Below, one piece after another: positions 19,719-28,483 of a DNA stretch of 64,000 nt. Position 1 is the first letter of the stretch. Every line of letters starts with the position of its first letter. The notes beneath the pieces are model-generated. The model worked only from the letters and a program-made list of their open reading frames with translations. It was not told the DNA's origin and ran no database searches. The position numbers and the translations under genes were made by a program. The stretch lies in assembly GCA_004556455.1 (NCBI GenBank), contig SFGY01000001.1, positions 160,181 through 224,180 on the forward strand. Direction: 5' to 3'. The stretch comes from Clostridiales bacterium. Its GTDB lineage: Bacteria > Bacillota > Clostridia > Saccharofermentanales > DTU023.

Positions 19719-21128
19719 ATTTTCACTGTTAAGCGCCTTGAAGTTTTAGCACTTTTTCGAGATAAAACGCTTCGGCGTTTACTTTCTGTCCTTCTTTTGT
19801 TTTTTCTTGTTTGGTCCCTGTATCTGCAAGTACAGTCACCATCTATTTTTGAACAACAGAGGGATATTTATCGTCATTATATTAGTTCAAATATCAAGTC
19901 TAAAGGCTATTGGCTCAGTCAGGTGAGGCTCTTAGCTAAGGATTTGGGCGATGAATTCGTAGAAAGATTTGAAGGAAGTTATGATTATCAAATTAATAAA
20001 ATGATTGCAATACTTGATAACCTGGGTAAGGAGCAAAGTTTTGAGCAAAAGCTCAGTGACGCGAATTCTACAACTGCTTTGGTGTTTCTTACGGCTGCTC
20101 AATTTTTTACCGACAATACAGACACAAAACCAAGTGTTTACACCCTGTATCCTGAAAAAATAAAAGCGTTTTTGGCAGATATTCATTATCCTTACAAGAT
20201 TGATGACTTTGATAAAATCTCAAGTCTTGATGCTAAGAAATCTGATGTTGAATATGCTCATTTTGCCTTAGAAGCTGAAAGAGCGATTGATAATTATTTT
20301 TCTGATCGCCTGGAACCAATGGCCGGTTTTAATCTTTATTACTTCCTTATGAAATTCATGTCCAAAAGTTCTGATCGGGGCATTTTTCAGCCAAGGCTCA
20401 TTCTTTTAGCGACTAGCCCTATTCTGATCGCGTATTATCTGTTTAAGATTTTCAGCTCAGGTTATATCAAAAATATCTATATGTTACCCAGAAAAAGATT
20501 TTGTGTTTTTCTTCATCTTTTTTCTTTAACATATATTTTAGTATTATTTTTTTATACCGTTCCTCAAATCATGAGCTGTTCAGTGGCAGCACTGGTCGGA
20601 AAAACCTATAACTGGAACACGGATATGGTGGTTATTCGACACGGATGTAATACGTTTCAATCAGTCAATCTGACTAACAATATATTGCCCAGCAGATTCA
20701 TTGGTTTATCTCAATTACCTTACGTGCCATACGGCGAGCAAAATGCTATTTCAGCTTTAAATTATCATGATTTTATGTCGGTAAGATTTGCTGAATTCTT
20801 TCTTAGAGCCGCAGTTGTTGATTTCCTTAAAATTACGTTTATTGTCGCGCTATCCACATACATTATCCTGGCTGTTATGAAGTACCGATGCCGAATGTTT
20901 GTGATAGCTGCTCTGTCATTTTTTATTTATTTTTTTGAACAAAGAAACATGCGATCCAGATTTGACTATATCAACCCATTTGCGCTTACTAATGGGTGGA
21001 ATATTGCCTTGGGAACAGAGCCGTATACTTGGCTCCACGCCATAATATTATTGACAATCTCTATATTGGGCATCATTCTATTAGCCAAATTAACCATGGA
21101 TAGGAATGTGAGGCAAGGCATGAAATAA
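19719..21128 (+). CDS. Polytopic membrane protein with ABC-2 permease-like topology and a probable non-canonical ATT start
   Basis: The frame is open from 19698. The ORF-track TTG at 19797 would cut through the first hydrophobic helix (..LRRLLSVLLLFFLVWSLYL..). AGGAGG at 19706-19711 lies 7 nt before in-frame ATT 19719. There is no ATG/GTG/TTG in frame between 19698 and 19796. The protein has one N-terminal TM, a ~190-aa soluble segment, then a multi-TM C-terminus. Confidence 0.6.
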   Translation: MFTVKRLEVLALFRDKTLRRLLSVLLLFFLVWSLYLQVQSPSIFEQQRDIYRHYISSNIKSKGYWLSQVRLLAKDLGDEFVERFEGSYDYQINKMIAILDNLGKEQSFEQKLSDANSTTALVFLTAAQFFTDNTDTKPSVYTLYPEKIKAFLADIHYPYKIDDFDKISSLDAKKSDVEYAHFALEAERAIDNYFSDRLEPMAGFNLYYFLMKFMSKSSDRGIFQPRLILLATSPILIAYYLFKIFSSGYIKNIYMLPRKRFCVFLHLFSLTYILVLFFYTVPQIMSCSVAALVGKTYNWNTDMVVIRHGCNTFQSVNLTNNILPSRFIGLSQLPYVPYGEQNAISALNYHDFMSVRFAEFFLRAAVVDFLKITFIVALSTYIILAVMKYRCRMFVIAALSFFIYFFEQRNMRSRFDYINPFALTNGWNIALGTEPYTWLHAIILLTISILGIILLAKLTMDRNVRQGMK

Positions 21129-21353
21129 TCTGGAATGAATCACACCTTCAAAGGAACGGAAAAAACTTTTTTTATCTTGTGCTTAGCAATGCATTAGCTA
21201 AGTTTCTGGAGTCACTCTCCATCAAGGCAACGAGAGAAGAAGACTAACCTGTGATGAGCAGAAGTAAGAAATAATAGAAAAGTCGCTGCTTCCATTTCAA
21301 AGACATGGAATAAATCATCTTAAGTGTATTAGTAAAAAATCATAGAGGGGAAA

Positions 21354-22256
21354 ATGCCACTTCTTTCAGTTCGTAAGCTCAATAAACATTTTGGACAGAA
21401 GTCAGTCCTTAAGAATCTTTGTTTTCAGGTCAATCAATCTGAAATTGTTGGGCTGCTTGGACCAAACGGCGCAGGTAAGTCTACTGCGATGAAGTGTATC
21501 TGTGGATTAGTTCATTATGATTCTGGTGACATATCCATCGAGGGTCATGATATCAAGGCCGACCGAGTGAGTGCATTAAAGCTTCTGGGTGCAAGTATCG
21601 AGAGTCCGGCACTGTATCCCGAACTGACGGGTGCGGAGCATATCAGACTGATGGCGCAGTGGAGGGATTTGCCCAAAACCGAAATTGCTGAGGCCGAAGC
21701 TTTCTCAAAATTAGGCGAAGCTCTACGCAGGAGAGCTTCCTCTTATTCCACGGGCATGAAAATGCGATTGATTTTAACAATGGTTCTGATGCCCAAACCG
21801 CATTTGATTATTTTAGACGAACCAATGAATGGTCTGGATCCAGAGGGCGTCATTCAGCTTCGCGAAGAACTATGTCACTTAAAAGATCAGGGAACAGGGA
21901 TTCTGCTCTCCTCACATTTGTTGTCTGAATTAGAGAAGATCTGTGATCGAGTACTTATGATTAATCACGGAGCAGTTATATTCGATGGAGCTATTTCTGA
22001 CAAACAAATGAGTAGTGGATACGATATTTATACAAATGAACTACCAAGACTCGAAGCGATTCTCAAAGAAAGAGGGTACATCTGCGCAGCAAAGACAGAT
22101 TCGCAGAGAACAAAATGCTTACATTGTGTTGCCCCTGAGGGCGAGCTCAATGACTTGCTAATGGTCATTGTTAACGAAGGGATCAGACTATCTGACTTAA
22201 AGAAAGCATACAAATCCCTTGAAGACATATATCAAGAAGTGATTGTTGCCAATTGA
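21354..22256 (+). CDS. ABC transporter ATP-binding protein, LanF/BcrA-like (Glu replaces the Q-loop Gln)
   Basis: Walker A GPNGAGKST, signature YSTGMKMRL, Walker B LIILDEPMNGLD. The Q-loop position reads LGASIESPALYPELTGAEHI. Confidence 0.9.
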   Translation: MPLLSVRKLNKHFGQKSVLKNLCFQVNQSEIVGLLGPNGAGKSTAMKCICGLVHYDSGDISIEGHDIKADRVSALKLLGASIESPALYPELTGAEHIRLMAQWRDLPKTEIAEAEAFSKLGEALRRRASSYSTGMKMRLILTMVLMPKPHLIILDEPMNGLDPEGVIQLREELCHLKDQGTGILLSSHLLSELEKICDRVLMINHGAVIFDGAISDKQMSSGYDIYTNELPRLEAILKERGYICAAKTDSQRTKCLHCVAPEGELNDLLMVIVNEGIRLSDLKKAYKSLEDIYQEVIVAN

Positions 22257-22257
22257 T

Positions 22258-23469
22258 ATGAAAAATTTGATTTTTGCAGATTTTAAAAAGAGTATTAGTA
22301 AAAGGTTCCTGCTTTCAATAATCTTAGTATTCCTGCTGTCCTGCATAGCAATTCTGTACTTTTTCAAACAAAATCAAAATGACTTCCCCAGGAGAAGCGA
22401 AGCTCTAGCGGCAGCCGAAAAAGAAAAGCTTCTGTTAGCATACGAATTCACACAAAATCTCTATGCTTTAGCTCAAAAAGCGAATTTGCAAAATCCTTCT
22501 GATGAATTGCTAGCGCAAACAAAACTTTATAAGTTTGAAGGTGATGTCTTACTGAAATATATTTTATTTCAGGAAAAACTGGAAACGCTCAATCAGCAAA
22601 GAGCGAAGAACTTCAATGAAATAAAGAAAACCATTCTGGACATGGACAGCTATGCTTTTGAAAAAATATATAAAAAGAACATTCATCTGATTCATGAAGA
22701 ATATATTTATAATGAAGACATTCACAGTTTATACGCAAGGTTAGTAAAGAATAAAGGAAGCATCGCTCTGGGAGAGACTTTCAGTGATAAAATTCGGGCA
22801 AGTTCACTCTTACATTATATGATTAGTTTTCCTATGCTTTCACTGGCCGCCATGTTTTTTGTGGTCATCATGAATGCAAACAACTGGTCTGTTGAATTTA
22901 CGTCAGGTGGCATTCGACTTTTACTCACTCAACCATTCTCACGGAGAAAAAGTTATTATTCCAAAGTGATCGTGAAGCTTTTTATCACCCTTATATCCCT
23001 TAGTATCTTACTGTTTCTTCCCAGCATAGTATCTTTTTTTATAGGTGGAACTGGTTCTGACATATCCGTACTGATCAATCCCCGAATATTTGATCAACTG
23101 TTCGTTCAATTTTCGCCTGAAACAGTCTTTTTCAGCCTTATCAGCACTTCTATATGGACTTACATCAAATATTATTATCTTCTCTTTATTTCTGTTGCTG
23201 TGTTTATTTTTTCGTTGACAAACATTTTATCTCTCGTCCTGAAAGATTCCGGCGGGGTTGTAATCTCCGTCTGCTTCTTATCTTGTCTGCTCATTGTTTC
23301 TGCTCCATTCAATCCCTTCTCTTATATCCGAATCCCGGAACTGCTAAGCGGGAACTTAGGATATGGTTATTGGAGCAGTCTGCTCATCCTCATGGCTCTT
23401 TCGATCTTTTTGATTACTGGTGGATCGTACATCTTAAAAAGATACCAGGCCATAGAGTTGGCTTCGTAA
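22258..23469 (+). CDS. ABC-2 type permease with a large helical extracytoplasmic domain
   Basis: ATG 22258 lies 1 nt after the ATPase stop. The protein begins MKNLIFADFKKSISKRFLLSIILVFLL (TM1), then a ~170-aa Lys/Glu-rich soluble segment. It then has EFTSGGIRLLLTQPFSRRKSYYSK (ABC-2 permease motif) and five more hydrophobic helices. Confidence 0.7.
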   Translation: MKNLIFADFKKSISKRFLLSIILVFLLSCIAILYFFKQNQNDFPRRSEALAAAEKEKLLLAYEFTQNLYALAQKANLQNPSDELLAQTKLYKFEGDVLLKYILFQEKLETLNQQRAKNFNEIKKTILDMDSYAFEKIYKKNIHLIHEEYIYNEDIHSLYARLVKNKGSIALGETFSDKIRASSLLHYMISFPMLSLAAMFFVVIMNANNWSVEFTSGGIRLLLTQPFSRRKSYYSKVIVKLFITLISLSILLFLPSIVSFFIGGTGSDISVLINPRIFDQLFVQFSPETVFFSLISTSIWTYIKYYYLLFISVAVFIFSLTNILSLVLKDSGGVVISVCFLSCLLIVSAPFNPFSYIRIPELLSGNLGYGYWSSLLILMALSIFLITGGSYILKRYQAIELAS

Positions 23470-23523
23470 TGATGGCATATAATTTAATTGATTGCTTATG
23501 TGAAGGGCGGGTTGATCCGGGAT

Positions 23524-24513
23524 ATGGAAATGATTGCTTGTAAGGATTTGAAATACAGTTACCCTGTTTTTAATAAGGAGCCTGGATTTCTGAATGGGCT
23601 GAAGGATTTTTTCCACCGGGAAATAAGCTATGTTAAAGCCATTGACGGTGTTAATTGTCAGATTGGGCAAGGGGAGTTGATTGGCCTTCTGGGCGAAAAT
23701 GGAGCGGGTAAAACGACTTTAATGAAATTGCTTTCGGGTATTTTGACCCCGCAGGGCGGTGAAGTTTCTGTATTGGGTTATGCTCCGCAACGGCGTGAAC
23801 ACGCTTTTCTCCAAGATATCGGTGTCATGTTTGGACAAAAGACTCAGCTTATATGGGACTTGCCAGCCATCGATACTTTTCATTCGCTTAAAGTGATCTA
23901 TGGAATTGAAGAAGCTGCATTTAAAAAAGATTTAGATTTTCTACTGGAAAAATTAAGTCTTAAAGATAAGCTGTTTGTACCTGTCCGAAAACTTTCTCTC
24001 GGTCAAATTGTCAAGTTCAATTTGATTGCGACGGTGATTCATCGACCTAAGCTTTTAATGCTGGATGAACCTACCATTGGTGTCGATATTCTCAGCCAGA
24101 GCAATATCCATGATTTTCTTCTGAGCTACAATCAGATCTATGGGGCGACCATTTTGCTTTCCAGTCACAATACGAAGGATATAAGGGCTGTGGCAAAACG
24201 CATTCTGTTTTTAGATAAGGGACAGGTTCTCTATGATGGCCCCCTGAGTCAATTTCGCTTCAGCGATAATCCACAGCATTCTTATGTGCTGAGGACAAAA
24301 ACAGATTCACTTCCTGCCGGTTTCGATGCATCCAGGATGCGCTGTGAAAAAATAGACACCGCCTCCTATCATATTAGTGTTCAAACTCCCGGAGATTTAT
24401 CTTGCCTGGATTTTTCTGATATCACTTCCATACAGGAGGAAGAATCAGATCTTGATGAGACGCTGAAAGCTTTTTACAGGGCACAGAATCAAGCGAGGGG
24501 ACAAGATTCATGA
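23524..24513 (+). CDS. ABC transporter ATP-binding protein (family usually paired with two ABC-2/DUF990-type permeases)
   Basis: Walker A GENGAGKTT, Q-loop GVMFGQKTQL, signature LSLGQIVKF, Walker B LLMLDEPTIGVD. The N-terminal extension before Walker A (..FNKEPGFLNGLKDFFHREISYVKAIDGV..) is typical of that subfamily. ATG at 23524 or 23530 could be the start. Confidence 0.9.
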   Translation: MEMIACKDLKYSYPVFNKEPGFLNGLKDFFHREISYVKAIDGVNCQIGQGELIGLLGENGAGKTTLMKLLSGILTPQGGEVSVLGYAPQRREHAFLQDIGVMFGQKTQLIWDLPAIDTFHSLKVIYGIEEAAFKKDLDFLLEKLSLKDKLFVPVRKLSLGQIVKFNLIATVIHRPKLLMLDEPTIGVDILSQSNIHDFLLSYNQIYGATILLSSHNTKDIRAVAKRILFLDKGQVLYDGPLSQFRFSDNPQHSYVLRTKTDSLPAGFDASRMRCEKIDTASYHISVQTPGDLSCLDFSDITSIQEEESDLDETLKAFYRAQNQARGQDS

Positions 24514-25262
24514 AATATCTTGTTTTGATGCGCAATGCGTTCAAAAGAAAAATGATTTATCGCTCACAGATTGTCCTTGAATTATTCACGAACGGTATCA
24601 TCTACTTCACAACCATCTGCTTATGGACAAGTGTCTTAAATAGCGGAGCAGATTTAGCTGGATATGATAAGAACCAATTGTCGACCTACTTTCTCTTTAC
24701 CATATTTTCGGGAATACTTTTTTCTTTTGAACCGTGTTTTACCCTTGGGAATGCGATACAGAACGGGTCCTTGTCTGTCACTCTGCTGCGACCGGTCAAT
24801 TATTTTTTTATGGATTATGCAAGACAGCTTGGTAGCAAGTTATTCTATATACTCTTGCTTGTGCCGCTTATCTTGTTAAAGGCGAAGTACCCGCTGAGCC
24901 TGATCGTTTACATCCTCAGTGCCTTTAGCATGTTTTACGCTTTTATGGCGGTACTTTCACTCGTTGGCTTCATCCTGGAAAACACCTGGCCTCTTCGTCC
25001 TGTCTTATCTGCCTTGTTTATGCTTTTGAGCGGTCAACTTTTTCCCCTTGATATTTTGCCGGAAGGCATCTATAAAACTCTTGTTTTTAATCCTTTCTCG
25101 CTCGTCGGCTATGTTTTTTCGAAGACCCTTATCGGCAGTTTCGAGTTAGAGGCCATTTTCTTATACAGCTGTATCAATGGCGTCTATTTCTTGCTTTTCT
25201 TTATCTTCTTTCAACATGGATTCAGAAAACTGATCTATCGTTATGAGGGGGTCAGGGCATGA
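24510..25262 (+). CDS. ABC-2 family permease (DUF990-like), subunit 1
   Basis: Six predicted TM helices and the motif GSLSVTLLRPVNYFF. It has a 4-nt overlap with the preceding ATPase gene. Confidence 0.75.
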   Translation: MKYLVLMRNAFKRKMIYRSQIVLELFTNGIIYFTTICLWTSVLNSGADLAGYDKNQLSTYFLFTIFSGILFSFEPCFTLGNAIQNGSLSVTLLRPVNYFFMDYARQLGSKLFYILLLVPLILLKAKYPLSLIVYILSAFSMFYAFMAVLSLVGFILENTWPLRPVLSALFMLLSGQLFPLDILPEGIYKTLVFNPFSLVGYVFSKTLIGSFELEAIFLYSCINGVYFLLFFIFFQHGFRKLIYRYEGVRA

Positions 25263-26041
25263 AAAAGTATTTCTCTTTATTCTCTGTTTTCTCACGTCAG
25301 AGTTTGAAGTCATTTGCGATATATCGGGCAACAGCAGTGATTACGGCCACTTTTGGCGTGCTCTTCTTTACCGTTGAGTGCATCCTGGGTATGGTTTTGT
25401 TTTCACTTACAGATGATATTGTCGGCTATTCTTTTCAGGATTATTTGCTGATGATCTCAGTGGCCTCGCTGATCACTTATCTGTATCAATTCTTTTTTGC
25501 TTCCGCCCATGAGAATTTAGCTGAGGTCATTCTGGAAGGCGAGTTGGATACCGTTCTCCTTCGTCCGGTGAACTCGCTTTATTACTACAGTTGTTTCCGC
25601 CAGGATTATTCCTGCATAATCAATGTCCTCGTTGTTATACCCTTCATTGTTGGTTTATATATCCAATACAATGTCTTTTCGATATTTAATATCATCGTAT
25701 TTTTGCTCTTTATCATCCTGGCTGTCCTTTGTGTTTACATCGTTAATCAGCTCTTCGTTACTCTGGTTTTCTTCTTTGAAAACTCGACACGGCTGCTCGG
25801 TCTAAGTGAATATCTCTACGATGTGGCGACCAGGCCCATAGCGATCTATCCCAAAGCCATCATAAAGGTTCTCATGTATGTCGTTCCCTATGGCTTTGTC
25901 ACCAACATGAGCTGGCAGATACTCATACGAGGTGTGCCCGTAACCGCCTTTATTTTTCTTGCGCTCTGGGATGTGCTGGGACTTATGCTTGCCAATGCAC
26001 TTTGGAATAAAGGCATTAAAAAGTATGTTTCATCCAATTAA
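25259..26041 (+). CDS. ABC-2 family permease (DUF990-like), subunit 2
   Basis: Paralogous architecture with the motif GELDTVLLRPVNSLYY. It has a 4-nt overlap with the previous permease gene. Confidence 0.75.
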   Translation: MKKYFSLFSVFSRQSLKSFAIYRATAVITATFGVLFFTVECILGMVLFSLTDDIVGYSFQDYLLMISVASLITYLYQFFFASAHENLAEVILEGELDTVLLRPVNSLYYYSCFRQDYSCIINVLVVIPFIVGLYIQYNVFSIFNIIVFLLFIILAVLCVYIVNQLFVTLVFFFENSTRLLGLSEYLYDVATRPIAIYPKAIIKVLMYVVPYGFVTNMSWQILIRGVPVTAFIFLALWDVLGLMLANALWNKGIKKYVSSN

Positions 26042-26403
26042 AAGCCGCGCATAGGAACGAATTAAACCCGACTTATGACATACTGCCAAACATTTGGTAT
26101 CCCAGTGTTTGTAAAAGTCTGCATGGAAAAGAAAGTGGGATAAATTAAATCTGGCAGCTCTTATTTTATATTTAAAATAAACATCAAAAGGCGTGAGTAA
26201 AGATCCGTGGAAATGGCTGAGTATTTTATTACCTTATGCTATGATAAAAAAATAAGAAAGCTCAAGTGAATCATGTTCACCTTTTCATCACCTCTGTAAG
26301 AGCTGCGAAGTCGAGACATGCAACGCTGGCCAAACTGGCTTCAATAAGCGTTTAGAATGGTGTTAGCTAAAGATAGCGCCAGGCTGGAAAGAGAGGTACA
26401 GCG

Positions 26404-27279
26404 ATGGCACAGCAAATTCAGTGGTTTCCCGGTCATATGGCCAAAACTCTGCGGGAACTTCGCGAAGAGATGGGCCTCTGTGACTGCATCGTCGAGGTCT
26501 GTGATGCGCGCATACCTCGCTCCAGCCGCAATCCGGAGCTTTTACGAATCGCGGAGGGAAAAACCCGCCTGCTTTTGCTCAACAAAGAAGACCTGGCGGA
26601 TGCAGCCACGACGGAAGAGTGGCTGAAGTTTTATGCTGCAAAAGGCCAGGCGGCCATGGCGACTCAGGCTCAGCGACAGGGTTCTGCCAAAGCGGTGGCT
26701 CGCAAAATTCTTGAACTGAATGAAGAGAAAATCGCCCGCGCCAGGTCGCGCGGACGCATTAACCGGCCTATCCGCTGCTTCGTCGCGGGCATTCCCAACT
26801 GCGGAAAGTCCACGCTGGTCAACAGTCTCGTGGGGCGCAAAGCGGCAGCTACTTCCAACAAACCGGGAGTGACGCGCAGCCTTTCCTGGCTCAAAGCCGG
26901 AACTCATCTCAGCGTGCTTGACACACCCGGCCTGCTCTGGCCAAAAGTGGAAGAACGCCAGGCCGCCATTGTTCTCGGCGCCTGTGCGGCGATCAAAGAC
27001 GATGTGATGCCTCTGACGGAACTTGCCGGCGAATTTCTGCTCTTGCTCTGTCAGCGCTATGCGGGCATGATGGAACGAGAGTACGGCCTCGTGCTTACAG
27101 ACGCTGATTATACAGAAGCTGAGCAGGGTGAGCTGCTCCTCGAAGCCCTGGCCCGTAATCGTGGCCTCCTGCGACAGGGAGGAGAAGCGGATCTCCAGCG
27201 TGCCGCGCGTCATATTCTTACCGCATTCCGCAGTGGCAGTCTGGGCCATTTGAGCCTTGAAAGTCCGGAGCAGGAATAG
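26404..27279 (+). CDS. rbgA: Ribosome biogenesis GTPase A (YlqF/RbgA)
   Basis: MAQQIQWFPGHMAK... is the hallmark N-terminus. It is a circularly permuted GTPase: LLLNKEDL (G4) precedes GIPNCGKST (G1) and DTPGLLWP (G3). Confidence 0.93.
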   Translation: MAQQIQWFPGHMAKTLRELREEMGLCDCIVEVCDARIPRSSRNPELLRIAEGKTRLLLLNKEDLADAATTEEWLKFYAAKGQAAMATQAQRQGSAKAVARKILELNEEKIARARSRGRINRPIRCFVAGIPNCGKSTLVNSLVGRKAAATSNKPGVTRSLSWLKAGTHLSVLDTPGLLWPKVEERQAAIVLGACAAIKDDVMPLTELAGEFLLLLCQRYAGMMEREYGLVLTDADYTEAEQGELLLEALARNRGLLRQGGEADLQRAARHILTAFRSGSLGHLSLESPEQE

Positions 27280-27331
27280 GTCTATCTGGCCTTCATACAA
27301 GGGCTAAACTTTTGAATAAAGGGATAATGCT

Positions 27332-28411
27332 TTGACCAAACCTTACGTTTTTCGCCTGCGCCAGGCTGATCTGGACCGCTATGAGGAAATGGCGGAGCTA
27401 GAGAAAAATTTTCACGCTGAAGGCTATGCCCTCGTCGCCGGTGCCGATGAGGCGGGTCGAGGACCATTGGCTGGCCCTGTCTTTGCAGCAGCCTGTATTC
27501 TCGATCCTGAACGGCCCATTCCCGGACTCAATGATTCTAAAAAAATCAGCGCCCAGCGCCGTGAGGCTCTTTTTGATCAGATCCAGGAGAAAGCTCTGGC
27601 TTATGCTGTTACTTCACGCCCGTCAACATGTATTGATCGCATCAATATTCTTGAAGCCACGAAGGAAGCTACCCGAGAGGCCCTTGAGGCGCTCAGTCCA
27701 AGTCCCTCGATCTGTCTTCTGGATGCCCTGCGCATTAAGGATCTGCGTTTTCCCCAACGTGCTTTGATTAAAGGCGACGCGCACGTCAACGCCATTGCTG
27801 CAGCTTCCATCCTGGCCAAAGTGAGCCGCGATCGCTATATGATCGAACTGGATCAGGCTTATCCTGGTTATGCTTTTGCCTCACATAAAGGCTACGGCAC
27901 GGCCGCACATTACGAAGCTCTCAGACGTCTCGGCCCCTGTCCGGAGCACCGGCTGAGCTTTCTGGGTAAACTGAAACTGGGGAAGAGTGTGGCAGAGGAA
28001 GAGGCCACTGCTGCTCATAGCCAGGACAAAGACGCTACACGTTTTCAGCAGGGCTGCCTTGCCCGGGGACAACAGGCTGAAAGACGTGTCGCTGAACATC
28101 TGGCCTCACAGGGCTATCATATCCTTGAGCGCAACTTCCGTCTGCCTCCTTTCGGAGAAATCGATTTAATTGCGGCGAAAAATAAAGTCCTTTTTATTGT
28201 CGAGGTCAAAGCCCGACATGAATCTCTCAGCAAAGGCCGCTGTCTTGAGGCCATCGACCACCGTAAGGCGAGTAAACTTCGTCTTGTCGCCGCATATTAT
28301 CAGCAGAGCCGGCATTTTGAAAATCATAATCTTCGTTTTCTGGCAGCGGGCTGCGAGCTTGGCGAGCATGATGAAGTGCTGCACATCTGCTATCGGGAAT
28401 TTTTCCCCTGA
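27332..28411 (+). CDS. rnhB: Ribonuclease HII fused to a YraN/UPF0102 endonuclease-like domain
   Basis: Residues ~35-212 are RNase HII: GADEAGRGPLAGPV, LNDSKKIS, KGDA....IAAASILAKV.RD, SHKGYGT..H...L...G.C.EHR.SF. Residues ~246-359 are YraN family: GQQAERRVAEHLASQGYHILERNFRLPPFGEIDLIAAKNKVLFIVEVKAR. The frame is continuous. The start is TTG 27332, with ATG 27389 as an alternative. Confidence 0.85.
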   Translation: MTKPYVFRLRQADLDRYEEMAELEKNFHAEGYALVAGADEAGRGPLAGPVFAAACILDPERPIPGLNDSKKISAQRREALFDQIQEKALAYAVTSRPSTCIDRINILEATKEATREALEALSPSPSICLLDALRIKDLRFPQRALIKGDAHVNAIAAASILAKVSRDRYMIELDQAYPGYAFASHKGYGTAAHYEALRRLGPCPEHRLSFLGKLKLGKSVAEEEATAAHSQDKDATRFQQGCLARGQQAERRVAEHLASQGYHILERNFRLPPFGEIDLIAAKNKVLFIVEVKARHESLSKGRCLEAIDHRKASKLRLVAAYYQQSRHFENHNLRFLAAGCELGEHDEVLHICYREFFP

Positions 28412-28483
28412 ACGCAGGAAAATGAACAAAAGCATAATCAGAATAGAGAAACGTGACCAGGCGATTCATGAAAATGCTGAAAG

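Noticed and set aside
19534-26403. Direct repeats (att sites), an integrase, or transposon ends bounding the AT-rich ABC island.
   Set aside because: Visual comparison of 19534-19700 with 26042-26403 gave no shared word longer than about 7 nt. No recombinase or transposase ORF is present. The island is reported as a finding, but not as a mobile element.
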